64,000 nucleotides of DNA from an uncultured Gemmatimonadales bacterium. GTDB taxonomy: Bacteria > Gemmatimonadota > Gemmatimonadetes > Gemmatimonadales > GWC2-71-9. How positions within the stretch are numbered: position 1 is the stretch's first letter; each line of letters starts with the position of its first letter. The position numbers were made by a program, and so were the translations under genes. The notes below the pieces were generated by a model. It ran no database searches and was not told the DNA's origin. It saw only the letters and a list, made by a program, of their open reading frames with translations. Positions 23,073-32,519 of this stretch are shown one piece after another. Location: NCBI GenBank assembly GCA_963825055.1, contig CAWGSK010000013.1:224001-288000 (forward strand), written 5' to 3'.

Positions 23073-24382
23073 GTTCGCTGTCTTCCGGCGGGCGCCACTG
23101 GCGCCCGCTCCTGTTTCTGCTCATGACGCTCGCCGCCCGGGCAGCGGCGCAGGCTCCCGCGCCACCCCTGCCAGGCGACGCGCTCACGATCTACCTCGTC
23201 ACCATCGGTGCGGGGACCCAGGTCTGGGAGCGGTTCGGCCATAACGCGATCCTCGTCCATGACCATCAGGCCGGCACGGACATCGCCTACAACTACGGGA
23301 TGTTCGACTTCAACCAGCCGCATTTCCTCGCGAACTTCGTGAAGGGACGCATGCGGTACTGGATGACGGGACGGAGCTTCTCCGCCGAGCTGCGCTTCTA
23401 CCGGCAGGAGAACCGGTCCATCTGGCTGCAGGAACTGGCGCTGGCGCCGGGGCAGCGGGCTGAGCTGCGCGATTTCCTGGAATGGAACGCGCGGGAGGAG
23501 AACCGCTTCTACCGCTACGACTATTACCGCGACAACTGCTCCACCCGTGTCCGGGACGCGATTGACCGCGTGATCGACCACCGCATCGCCAGTACCGTGG
23601 GCGTGGAGCCGTCCCGATCCACCTACCGCTTTCACTCCGCGCGACTGGTCGCGACCGACCCGGGTATCTACACGGGCATGATGCTGGGACTGGGCCATTT
23701 GGTGGACCGCCCGATCACCAGGTACGAGGAGATGTTCCTCCCGTTCGCCCTGCATGATTACGTGCGGAGGGTCAGCATCACGGGGCCCGATGGCGGGCAG
23801 CGGCCGCTGGTGGCCGGCGAGGACACACTCTACGTGAGCACCGCTGATCCGCCGCGCGACACCCCGCCACCCTGGTTCAGGTGGTACCTCACCGCGGGCC
23901 TCGCCGGGGGTCTCCTGCTCGCCGTCCTGGGCGCTCATTCCGCCGGCGGAACGTCGCGCCTCGCCTTCAGCACGCTGGCGGGGTTCTGGTCACTGCTCGC
24001 GGGCCTGGCCGGGCTGGGGCTCGCCTCGCTCTGGCTTTTCACCGATCACGCCGCCACCTACCGTAACGAGAACCTGTTCCAGTTCAGCCCGCTTTCGCTG
24101 GTACTCATGGTGCCGATCCTGCTCATGGCCCGGAGTGGCCGGCATGCCGACCGGATCGCGGCACGGGGAGCGGTCGTGGTCGCCGCCGTGGCCGCCCTGG
24201 GCCTCGTGCTCAAGGTCCTGCCCGGGCTCTATCAGGTGAACGGCGAGTTCATTGCACTCGCCCTCCCGATCCACGCCGGGATCGCCTGGGGCCTGGTGCG
24301 GGCCAACCACCGGCCGGCGGTCGAACGCCGGCGGCCGCTCACGCGCCGGAGCACCGACGGGACGGCGGGACAGGCCGCATGA
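23069..24382 (+). CDS. DUF4105/Lnb-like membrane protein (putative lipoprotein N-acyltransferase)
   Basis: Signal peptide, [30 protein letters not shown], then several C-terminal TM helices. Confidence 0.75.
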
Positions 24383-24412
24383 TTGCCCGGCGCGCAAGGG
24401 GTCGTGTAGCTT
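24383..24412 (+). promoter_or_regulatory. sigma70-type promoter of purEK
   Basis: TTGCCC-18-TAGCTT upstream of a GGAGG Shine-Dalgarno. Confidence 0.45.
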
Positions 24413-24452
24413 CCGCGCGCACCGTACCTGTCGCCCACATGGAGGTTGGACC

Positions 24453-24947
24453 ATGGCCGCACCCCTGATCGGCATCGTCATGGGCAGCGACTCGGACTGG
24501 GATGTGATGCGCCACGCCGTCGAGCAGCTCAACGCGCTCGGTGTGCCCTGCGAGCACCGCGTCGTATCCGCCCATCGTACCCCGGACCTGCTCTTCGAGT
24601 ATGCCGCCAGCGCCGCGGGCCGCGGCCTGCGAGCCATCATTGCGGGCGCGGGCGGGGCGGCGCACCTCCCCGGAATGCTGGCGGCCAAGACGACGCTCCC
24701 GGTCCTCGGCGTGCCCGTCCCCTCACGCCACCTTCAGGGCCTCGACTCCCTCCTGTCGATCGTCCAGATGCCCGGAGGCATCCCGGTGGCCACCTTCGCC
24801 ATCGGCGCCGCGGGGGCACGGAACGCCGCGCTCTTCGCCGCCGCCACCCTGGCCACGACCGACCCGGCCCTGGCCGAGCGCCTTCAGCGCTTCCGGACTG
24901 ACCAGACCGCCCGCGTGCTGGGTACGACTCTCCCCGACAAGCCGTGA
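24453..24947 (+). CDS. purE: N5-CAIR mutase
   Basis: [40 protein letters not shown]. Confidence 0.97.
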   Translation: MAAPLIGIVMGSDSDWDVMRHAVEQLNALGVPCEHRVVSAHRTPDLLFEYAASAAGRGLRAIIAGAGGAAHLPGMLAAKTTLPVLGVPVPSRHLQGLDSLLSIVQMPGGIPVATFAIGAAGARNAALFAAATLATTDPALAERLQRFRTDQTARVLGTTLPDKP

Positions 24948-26065
24948 TCCGGCCGGGCGCCACCCTCGGCATGCTGGGCGGCGGACAGCTTGGTCGCATG
25001 TTCACCATGCGCGCACAGGCCATGGGCTTTCGGGTCGTCGTCCTGGACCCGGACCCCGACAGCCCCGCGGGGCATGTGGCCAACCGCCACCTCACCGCAG
25101 GGTACGAGGACGAAACCGCGCTCGAGGAAATGGCGCGGCTCGCCGCGGCCGCGACCGTCGAGTTCGAGAACGTCCCCACCAGGGCGCTCGAGTTCCTCGC
25201 GGCCAGAATCCCGGTCCGGCCGTCTGCTGCGGCCCTCCGCTCCGCGCAGGACCGGATCGAGGAAAAGACCTTCCTCTCGCATCATGGCTTCGCGACGGCC
25301 GCGTGGGCGCCGGTGCATTCGCGGGATGAACTGGACCAGTCCCTGCTTGAAGTGGGCGTTCCTGCACTGCTCAAGACGAGCCGGTTCGGTTACGACGGCA
25401 AGGGACAGGCCCTGGTCGACGGACCCGATGATGCCCACGCCGCCTTCCAGCGCTTCGGTGAACGGGCCTGTGTTCTGGAACGACGCCTGGACCTGGAGCG
25501 GGAGCTGTCGGTCGTACTGGCGCGCGGTGCGGACGGCAGTATCGCCGGCTTCCCGGTGGGCGAGAACGTCCACGTCAACGGCATCCTGGACACCACGACG
25601 CTTCCTGCCGGCGTCACGGCGGACCTGGCAGCAGAAGCACAGCGGCTCGCGGCCGGCGTTGCGGGGGCACTGGAATACGTGGGGGTGCTCGGCGTGGAGC
25701 TGTTCGTCGCGGATGGGGGGCGCCTCTATGTGAACGAGATAGCACCCCGCCCCCACAACAGCGGCCACTACACCCTGGATGCCTGCGTGACGGACCAGTT
25801 CGAGCAGCAGGTCCGTACACTCTGCGGGCTTCCACTTGGCGACCCGCGGCTGCTTACGCCGGTGTGCATGATCAACCTGCTGGGCGATCTCTGGAAGGAC
25901 GGCGAGCCACGATGGGAGAGGGCCCTGTCACGGCCCGGCGTGAAGCTCCACCTCTACGGCAAGCAGGAGGCTCGCCCGGGGCGGAAGATGGGGCATCTTA
26001 CCTGTCTGGCCGGGACGGCGAAGGAGGCGCTGGCGACAGCGAGGGCGGCACGGGCGGATCTTTGA
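24944..26065 (+). CDS. purK: N5-CAIR synthase
   Basis: [38 protein letters not shown]. Confidence 0.96.
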   Translation: MIRPGATLGMLGGGQLGRMFTMRAQAMGFRVVVLDPDPDSPAGHVANRHLTAGYEDETALEEMARLAAAATVEFENVPTRALEFLAARIPVRPSAAALRSAQDRIEEKTFLSHHGFATAAWAPVHSRDELDQSLLEVGVPALLKTSRFGYDGKGQALVDGPDDAHAAFQRFGERACVLERRLDLERELSVVLARGADGSIAGFPVGENVHVNGILDTTTLPAGVTADLAAEAQRLAAGVAGALEYVGVLGVELFVADGGRLYVNEIAPRPHNSGHYTLDACVTDQFEQQVRTLCGLPLGDPRLLTPVCMINLLGDLWKDGEPRWERALSRPGVKLHLYGKQEARPGRKMGHLTCLAGTAKEALATARAARADL

Positions 26066-26069
26066 GAAC

Positions 26070-26181
26070 GGGTATGGGGTATCGGGTAATCGGGTAATCG
26101 GGCCGGAGTTTAACGGTCGAGATGGATGAGAGTCCGAGCGTTATCCTTCCCGACTCCCGATTTCCGATTCCCGATTTCCGG
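26070..26181. repeat. Paired tandem-repeat locus A (GGGTA(A)TC-like left arm, TTCCCGA-like right arm)
   Basis: gggtatg gggtatc gggtaatc gggtaatc after the purK stop; ttcccga ctcccga tttccga ttcccga tttccgg at about 26148-26181. Confidence 0.8.
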
Positions 26182-27409
26182 CCGCCGCCTGCTCCTCCAC
26201 GAGTTCCCTGACCCCGTCCACCAGCCGCTCAACCTCCTCATCGTTCGTATAGCACGCGCATCCCGCCCGGACCACACCATCCTCACCGACACCCAGCCGC
26301 TCGATGACGGTAAGGGCATAGAAGTCGCCGTGGGAAACGTACACACCCCTCCTGGCAAGGCCGCGGGCGATCGACGGCGGGCTGAGCGTCTTCGACGTGA
26401 AGGAGACCGTGGGCGTGCGCGCGGCGTCCAGGCCCGGACCATGGCAGGTAATACCGTCAATCCCCGACAGGCCGCTCCACATCTTCCCGAACAGCCGCTT
26501 CGCCTGCTCATGGAGACGGCCGTACGAATCGGCCAGGCGATCGCGCCGGCTGGAACCGGACCCGAGCGACGCGAGGAAGTCGACGGCGGCCGCCGCGCCC
26601 ACGATACCCTCGTGGTTCTGGGTGCCCGTCTCCATCCGCTCCGGGGCGGTATCGGGAGCCGGCAGGAGCTTCGGGACATCCAGGCTCTCCAGCAGCTCAT
26701 GCCGCCCGAACAGCACTCCGATGTGCGGGCCATAGAACTTGTACGGCGAGCAGGCGAGGAAGTCGCACCCGATCTCCTCGACATCCACCAGCACGTGCGG
26801 CGCGTAATGGACGGCGTCCACGAAGGTCAGGATCCCCGCCTCGTGCGCCTGCCCACAGATCGCCCGGACATCCGTGATGGTGCCGAGGGCGTTCGAGGCC
26901 GCGCCGATGGCCAGCAGGCTTGCACGCTCCTCCAGGGCCGCCTGCAGGTCCTCCTGATCCAGCATCCCGGTTTCGGGGTTCATCCGCACCCGCCTGATAC
27001 GAACCCCGCGCTCCCGCGCGAGCGCGTGCCATGGAGCCACGTTCGCGTGATGGTCCAGCTCGGTCACGATGACCGTATCCTCCGGCCCCCACCCCCGGCC
27101 CAGGGCCCGGGCCAGGTGGAACGTCAGCGTGGTCATGTTCGCCCCGAACGCAATTTCGTTCGGCGCCGCGTTCAGGAACTCCGCCATGGTCTTCCGCGCC
27201 GACCCGAGCAGGGCATCGGTCTCGATGCTGGTCGGGTAGAGCCAGTGGGTATTGGCGTTGTGGTGGAAGAGATAGCGGGTGATGGCGTCGCCCACTTCAC
27301 GAGGCACCTGCGTCCCCCCGGGACCGTCGAAATAGGCGACCGGGTAGTGTTCGTGGCGACGCTCAAGGGCCGGGAACCGCTCACGAAGCGTGCTGACGTC
27401 GAGGGTCAT
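26141..27409 (-). CDS. Cysteine desulfurase-like class V aminotransferase
   Basis: YFDGPGGTQVP, ELDHHANVAPW, VDAVHYAPH, CSPYKFYGPH, METGT. Confidence 0.9.
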   Translation of the reverse strand: MTLDVSTLRERFPALERRHEHYPVAYFDGPGGTQVPREVGDAITRYLFHHNANTHWLYPTSIETDALLGSARKTMAEFLNAAPNEIAFGANMTTLTFHLARALGRGWGPEDTVIVTELDHHANVAPWHALARERGVRIRRVRMNPETGMLDQEDLQAALEERASLLAIGAASNALGTITDVRAICGQAHEAGILTFVDAVHYAPHVLVDVEEIGCDFLACSPYKFYGPHIGVLFGRHELLESLDVPKLLPAPDTAPERMETGTQNHEGIVGAAAAVDFLASLGSGSSRRDRLADSYGRLHEQAKRLFGKMWSGLSGIDGITCHGPGLDAARTPTVSFTSKTLSPPSIARGLARRGVYVSHGDFYALTVIERLGVGEDGVVRAGCACYTNDEEVERLVDGVRELVEEQAAAGNRESEIGSREG

Positions 27410-27459
27410 ACCGGAATTAAGCACCGCCGGCACCGGTCGGTAACCCCCGCCATAAGTCC

Positions 27460-27489
27460 TTGCCAAGCAATGGGGTAAGCGCCTATCTT
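27460..27489 (+). promoter_or_regulatory. sigma70-type promoter of ssrA
   Basis: TTGCCA-18-TATCTT, 8 nt before the mature tmRNA 5' end. Confidence 0.6.
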
Positions 27490-27497
27490 ACGGGCAC

Positions 27498-27858
27498 GGG
27501 GGCGACTGGCTTCGACGGGTTCGTTGAAGGCATCGCTGCGTGCCCAGGTCCAGGTTCCTGGTTAAACCGTCTGGAACGCTTTAATTGCCAACTCTGAACT
27601 GGCACTGGCCGCGTAAGCTGAGCTAAGCTCGCTTCACGCGCCTTCGTTGACCGGAGCCCGCCTGGGGCGCCGCCAACGAATCGAAAATCCGGGCTGGTGA
27701 GCCGCGATACCTCGACGCGGTAAACGAGATCTCAGAGGTTGGTCTGCCGGCAGGTCGGTTCGTCACCGGCCGGTGGATGAAGCAGAAAGATGAACCTACG
27801 CACGTAGATGCGGTCCCGGATGCATACTCGGACCAGGGTTCGATTCCCTGCGCCTCCA
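27498..27858 (+). ncRNA. ssrA: tmRNA; tag peptide (A)ANSELALAA at 27587-27616; CCA not fully encoded
   Basis: 5' GGGGGCGACTGGCTTCGAC, 3' GGTTCGATTCCCTGCGCCTCCA T-arm/acceptor with a G3.U pair; tag ORF ends LALAA-TAA. Confidence 0.96.
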
Positions 27859-27874
27859 CTGAACCTCAAAAAGC

Positions 27875-28029
27875 GTGAACGGTAAACGGTGAACGGTGAA
27901 CGGGCGTACCCGTGACCGCTCACCGTTGTCTTATGTACCTCCGGCTGCCATCGACCCACGCCCGCCTTCCCGGTGCCAGACCCATCCCGTTCACCGCTCA
28001 CCGTTTACCGTTCACCGTCTACCGTTCAC
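27875..28029. repeat. Paired heptamer locus B (GTGAACG x4 / CGTTCAC x6, inverted)
   Basis: Left arm 27875-27902, right arm 27988-28029; the GGDEF gene stop lies inside the last unit. Confidence 0.9.
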
Positions 28030-29444
28030 GCCGTCTCGACTCGGTTCCTTCCCCCCTGCTTCGCGGCATACAGCGCCCGGTCCACCTGGCCCATCAGGTT
28101 GTCCGGGCTCACGGTTGTGCCGGGACAGGCCGCGACCCCCAGCGATGCGGTGATCGCCCATGCACGCCCCTCCCACGCCCAGGCCGTGCCCTCGAGCGTG
28201 GCCCGGATCCGCTCCGCCAGTTCCCGCCCCTGCTCGACGTCCGCGCCTGGCAGCCACACCGCCATCTCCTCACCACCCAGCCGCCCTGCCGCATCGCCGT
28301 CGCGGATCTGTGACTGAAGGATGCGCGCGACCAGCTGCAGCGCAGCGTCTCCCGCCGGATGGCCCAAGGTGTCATTCAGGCTCTTGAACCGGTCGAGGTC
28401 CAGCATCACCACCGAGCCCTCCCGGGCGCCCACCCGCTGCATGACCTGCTCGAATCCCCGGCGGTTGAGCAGGCCCGTGAGCGGGTCACGGATGGAATCA
28501 TCCATCGCGCGCCGCGCACTGAGCCCTGCCCGCAGGCGCGGTCCGGCGGCGGCCAGTGCCCGCGTGAGTTCCGCCCGGGGCTCGCCGCTCGGCGCGCGGC
28601 CGGAGTGCACGCGCACCGCGACGGCCCCGACCGCCTCGCCCTTGTCCATGACCGGCAGGACCATCGCGCGCGCCGGCGATCGCCGATCCGACACCACGCC
28701 ACCCAGGGGATCGAGCGCCCAGTGCGGTGCGTCCCCGGGCGCCGACATGGCGCGCGCAAGGGCGCTGTCCGCCGTCACCGTGGAGTTCAGCTGACGCCGG
28801 TCGGAGCGCAGTGCAACCCCCATCACCGTGAGGCCCGCCGGCCGGGGCAGCGCCACGATGGCCTCGGCGTCGAAGATCCGCTCGATCTGGTGGGCCAGTC
28901 GCATCGCGATGCTCTCCAGCGACTCGCCGGCCTGGTCCTGGGCAGGGCGGAGCGGGGCAAGAACCGCCTCGCGCTCCCGCAATTCGAGGAAATCCGCCAG
29001 ATCCGAGCGCGCGGTCTCGAGCCGCGCGGCGTCGGACGATGGGAGGAGCAGCGCCGCGCGAAGGCCGGTTCCCCCGACGACGACCAGGGTCCCACCCCCG
29101 ATCCGCTCAATCGCCGGAGGCTCTATCGACCGGACCCGGTCCGCCACCCCGACGGTCCGCGAACCCGGAACCGTGGCGGTGGCCTGTGTCGCGCCGTCAT
29201 CGCCCACAAGCCAGGCCGCGAGACCATCGTTGGCCCGAACGATCCAGCCGAGCTGGCGGTCGTCCGTCTCGACCGAAGCCGCGGTGCCTCCCGGCATGGC
29301 GCTGCGAACGGTAAGACCGGCGGCGAACCCCGCCAGGAGGAGGCCGGGGACGTACAGAATGGACGGGAGACCGGAGAGGGCCAGCGCAAGGAACAACGCC
29401 CCGGCCACACCGCACCAGAGCGCCACGGAGCGACTGCGGGTCAT
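28026..29444 (-). CDS. Membrane-anchored diguanylate cyclase (GGDEF) with a GAF-like middle region
   Basis: DPLTGLLNRR, DLDRFKSLND, GHPAGD, RDGD I-site, RLGGEEM, AKQGGRN. Confidence 0.9.
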   Translation of the reverse strand: MTRSRSVALWCGVAGALFLALALSGLPSILYVPGLLLAGFAAGLTVRSAMPGGTAASVETDDRQLGWIVRANDGLAAWLVGDDGATQATATVPGSRTVGVADRVRSIEPPAIERIGGGTLVVVGGTGLRAALLLPSSDAARLETARSDLADFLELREREAVLAPLRPAQDQAGESLESIAMRLAHQIERIFDAEAIVALPRPAGLTVMGVALRSDRRQLNSTVTADSALARAMSAPGDAPHWALDPLGGVVSDRRSPARAMVLPVMDKGEAVGAVAVRVHSGRAPSGEPRAELTRALAAAGPRLRAGLSARRAMDDSIRDPLTGLLNRRGFEQVMQRVGAREGSVVMLDLDRFKSLNDTLGHPAGDAALQLVARILQSQIRDGDAAGRLGGEEMAVWLPGADVEQGRELAERIRATLEGTAWAWEGRAWAITASLGVAACPGTTVSPDNLMGQVDRALYAAKQGGRNRVETA

Positions 29445-30208
29445 GGGGCTGGCGACGACCTCGCCCCCTGGATGATCCGGCTCGCCGCCATCGCGGCACC
29501 GAAGCCGTTGTCAATGTTCACCACGGTGAGGCCGGCCGCGCAGCTGTTCAGCATGCCGAGGAGTGCCGCAAGGCCCTGGAAGGAGGCACCATATCCCACG
29601 CTCGTGGGGACGGCGATGACCGGTGCGGCCACCAGGCCACCCACCACGCTCGGCAATGCGCCCTCCATGCCCGCAACCACGATCAGCACCGCCGCCTCAT
29701 GCAGACGCTGGCTCGCCGCCATCAGCCGGTGCAGGCCGGCGACGCCCACGTCCACCAGCGGCTCGGCGCGGAGCCCGAAGGCCCGCGCCGCCTCGAGCGC
29801 CTCCTCCGCCACCGGCAGGTCACTCGTGCCGGCGGAGATGACCAGCACCAGCGGGCCTTCAGGAGCCGCACCCTCGGCGGCGAAGGCGAGCGTCCGGGCG
29901 AGCGGATTCCACCTCACCCCGGGCACCCGCTCGCGCACCGCATTGGCCTGGGCCTCCGTCACGCGCGTCACGAAGAATGCGCCCTGCGCCGCCACCAGGC
30001 GGGTGCAGATGTCGGCGACCTGATCTACCGTCTTGCCGCCCCCGTAGACGACCTCGGGCTGCCCCTGGCGGAGCGCCCGGTGGTGGTCCAGGGTGGCGTA
30101 ATCGAGTTGTTCGGAAGGGAAATGCCGCAGCCGTTCCAGCGCGTCGTCCGCGGAACAGCGGCCCGCCGCGACATCGGCGAGAAGCTCCCGAAGCCGGTCG
30201 GGGTTCAC
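29441..30208 (-). CDS. larB: Nickel-pincer cofactor biosynthesis protein LarB (PurE-like)
   Basis: DHHRALRQGQPEVVY, AGTSDLPVAEE, DVGVAGLHR, AGMEGALPS, PTSVGYG, VVNIDNGFGAA. Confidence 0.9.
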   Translation of the reverse strand: MNPDRLRELLADVAAGRCSADDALERLRHFPSEQLDYATLDHHRALRQGQPEVVYGGGKTVDQVADICTRLVAAQGAFFVTRVTEAQANAVRERVPGVRWNPLARTLAFAAEGAAPEGPLVLVISAGTSDLPVAEEALEAARAFGLRAEPLVDVGVAGLHRLMAASQRLHEAAVLIVVAGMEGALPSVVGGLVAAPVIAVPTSVGYGASFQGLAALLGMLNSCAAGLTVVNIDNGFGAAMAASRIIQGARSSPAP

Positions 30209-31188
30209 GCGACCTGGGCGACCGGCGCCAGGTACTCCAGGAAGATGGCTTCGGCCTCGGCCATGGACTCCACCTGGAAGAGGCGCTGCCGGAGTGCCGC
30301 GGCCCCCGGCAGGCCCTTCGTGTACCAGCCGAAGTGCTTGCGGAACTCCACCACGGTCTTGCGGGAATCGCCCTGAAGCGTGAGCGCCAGGCGCGCGTGC
30401 GCCAGGGCCACGGCAAACCGCTCCCCGGCATCCGGGGCGTCCGGCAGCGGACGATGGTCCAGCAAGGCGCGCCCGTCCCGGAAGATCCATGGATTCCCGA
30501 ACGACCCGCGGCCGATCATGATTGCCGCGCAGCCGGTGCGTGCCCGCATCCGTGCGATGTCATCGCCGGTCTGGATATCGCCGTTGCCGATCACGGGAAT
30601 GTCGAGCGCGTCCACCACCGCGGCGATCTCATCCCAGCGGGCCTCACCGGAGAACATCTGGGTCCGGGTACGGGCATGCAGCGTGAACGCCCTGGCCCCG
30701 GCATCCTGCATCCGGAGCGCGATCCCCACCGGGTCCCTGGAATCCTCGCTCCAGCCGCTTCGCGTCTTCACCGTGACCGGCAGGTGGGTCGCCGACACGC
30801 AGGCGCGGATGATCCGCTCGACCAGGTCCATGTCCCGGAGACAACCCGAGCCCCCGTTGCGCTTCACGACCTTCTTCACGGGACACCCGAAGTTGATGTC
30901 CACGAAGTCCGGCTCGTAGGTCTCGGTCACGATCGCGGTGGCCCGGGCCATCGCATCCGGGTCGGCGCCGTAGATCTGGACCCCGATCGGGCGCTCCTCC
31001 TCCTCGAACTCGGCCCCCTCCAGCGTGCGCCGGATTCCGCGACGGATCGCCTCCGAACTCAGGAACTCGGTCATGACCACATCCGCCCCGAGCCGGCGGG
31101 AGATTCGCCGGAACGGGGCTTCTGACACGCCAGCCATCGGCGCGAGGATCAGGGGGCACTCCACCCCCGTGAAGTAGGGCAACTGCAT
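30205..31188 (-). CDS. dusB: tRNA-dihydrouridine synthase (DusB-like)
   Basis: LAPMAGVS, DINFGCPVKKV, VTVKTRSGW, LHART, IGNGDI, MIGRG. Confidence 0.92.
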   Translation of the reverse strand: MQLPYFTGVECPLILAPMAGVSEAPFRRISRRLGADVVMTEFLSSEAIRRGIRRTLEGAEFEEEERPIGVQIYGADPDAMARATAIVTETYEPDFVDINFGCPVKKVVKRNGGSGCLRDMDLVERIIRACVSATHLPVTVKTRSGWSEDSRDPVGIALRMQDAGARAFTLHARTRTQMFSGEARWDEIAAVVDALDIPVIGNGDIQTGDDIARMRARTGCAAIMIGRGSFGNPWIFRDGRALLDHRPLPDAPDAGERFAVALAHARLALTLQGDSRKTVVEFRKHFGWYTKGLPGAAALRQRLFQVESMAEAEAIFLEYLAPVAQVA

Positions 31189-31194
31189 GTCACG

Positions 31195-31223
31195 AAAATA
31201 CTTGGGGCGGCCAGAAGGGGCAA
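31195..31223 (-). promoter_or_regulatory. sigma70-type promoter of dusB (probably leaderless)
   Basis: TTGCCC-17-TATTTT on the minus strand, ending 6 nt before the ATG. Confidence 0.55.
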
Positions 31224-31340
31224 TGGAACGGGACGGGCGTCACCGACAACATGGGTGGTGCGGGCCTATAGTGCAGGCTGACGATATGCCCGCCTCGGCA
31301 CCGCCTGGCTCCCTGGCGGTACCCGACTCGAGGAGCGACG

Positions 31341-32393
31341 GTGAAGCGCAACCTGTCCATGGTGCTGGCCACATCCTTCGTGATCCTGGGAGTGGTCGCC
31401 TTCCCTCCGCTCTACTTTCTCCACACGATGAGCCGCCCCCGCATGGTGGCCACCAAGCTCGATCCCAACTGGCTCTATGCCATGGGACTGCCCGCCGTCA
31501 GCCTCGAAGTGGAGAAGGACCCGGTCGTCCGTTCCCTCCGCGGGTCGATTTTCCACGTGACCAGGGGTGACATCTTCCGGTTCCTGCAGAGCCACTTCAC
31601 ACCCGCGGACGTCAGCTTCAAAGCGGTCGAGATCCACCAGTCGGTGCTCGACGGACTCCGGCAGTATCCCGGCAGCCTGAGCTTCTACGTCTCCGTAAAC
31701 GAGGAGAAGAAGGTGGTACTGCCTGACGTCCATGGCTTCTTCCAGCGGAAGCTGGATGCCCGGGAGGAATGCGGGGTAGGAGGATTCCTGGACATCGCCT
31801 GGATGGGGCTCAAGAGCCTCTTCGGCGAGAAGCAGTCCGCGATCGAGACCCTGCAGGACCTGCCCCACTGCGATCCCTCGGGCGCCGTGGAGAACAAAAT
31901 CCTGAATGCGGTGGACGAGGGCGTCGCCGAGTTCCGGCGGGTAAGTCGAGACTCGATCAGGGTCACGCCCTCCATCAGCATGAAGGCGAGCCGACGTATC
32001 CGGAGCGCACTCGCGGCGGGCCGATGGTGGGGCCTGCTTGTCGCGGTCATGCTCGGCATCCTGACCGCGCTCGCCTGGCTCAACCGCGAGGACCGGCACC
32101 TCCTCTTCCGGCGCACCGGGACCACGCTGCTGCTCACGGGCCTGGTACTGCTCGTCGTCTCCTTCCCGTGCATCTGGATGATCCGCGACCTCGACATCCC
32201 CGGCATGATCCTGTGGGTGGAACATCCACCCATCTCGGAGGGCACTGGCCAATGGCTCGGCCTGGTCTTCTACGTGGTCAAGAGCGCCGCGCAGGCAACC
32301 AATCGAGACCTGGTCCTGGTGGGAGGGGTACTGGCGGTGGCGGGGGGAGGGCTGGTGGGGGTGGGGTGGCGGAAGGCAGTGACTAGTGACTAG
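31341..32393 (+). CDS. Hypothetical membrane protein (N-terminal TM, soluble domain, about three C-terminal TMs)
   Basis: 350-aa ORF filling the gap between dusB and guaA; no motif recognised; stop supplied by the GTGACTA repeat. Confidence 0.7.
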   Translation: MKRNLSMVLATSFVILGVVAFPPLYFLHTMSRPRMVATKLDPNWLYAMGLPAVSLEVEKDPVVRSLRGSIFHVTRGDIFRFLQSHFTPADVSFKAVEIHQSVLDGLRQYPGSLSFYVSVNEEKKVVLPDVHGFFQRKLDAREECGVGGFLDIAWMGLKSLFGEKQSAIETLQDLPHCDPSGAVENKILNAVDEGVAEFRRVSRDSIRVTPSISMKASRRIRSALAAGRWWGLLVAVMLGILTALAWLNREDRHLLFRRTGTTLLLTGLVLLVVSFPCIWMIRDLDIPGMILWVEHPPISEGTGQWLGLVFYVVKSAAQATNRDLVLVGGVLAVAGGGLVGVGWRKAVTSD

Positions 32394-32518
32394 TGACTAG
32401 TGACTAGTGACTAGTGGCAAGTGGCAAGTGGCAAGTGGCAAGTGGCAAGTGGCAAGTGGCAAGTCGAGGGTGACGAGTCTGCTTCGCCACTCACTACTCA
32501 CCACTCGCCACTCGCCGT
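32379..32518. repeat. Paired heptamer locus C (GTGACTA x5 + GTGGCAA x7 / TCRCCAC-like x5)
   Basis: Perfect tandem units 32379-32462; degenerate inverted arm 32484-32518 next to the guaA stop. Confidence 0.95.
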
Positions 32519-32519
32519 C

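Noticed and set aside
27498..28029. Genomic island integrated at tmRNA
   Set aside because: No integrase and no duplicated tmRNA 3' end was seen in the window
32379..32462. Possible CRISPR array at the tandem repeats
   Set aside because: Units are 7-9 nt, directly adjacent, with no unique spacers and no cas genes in the window
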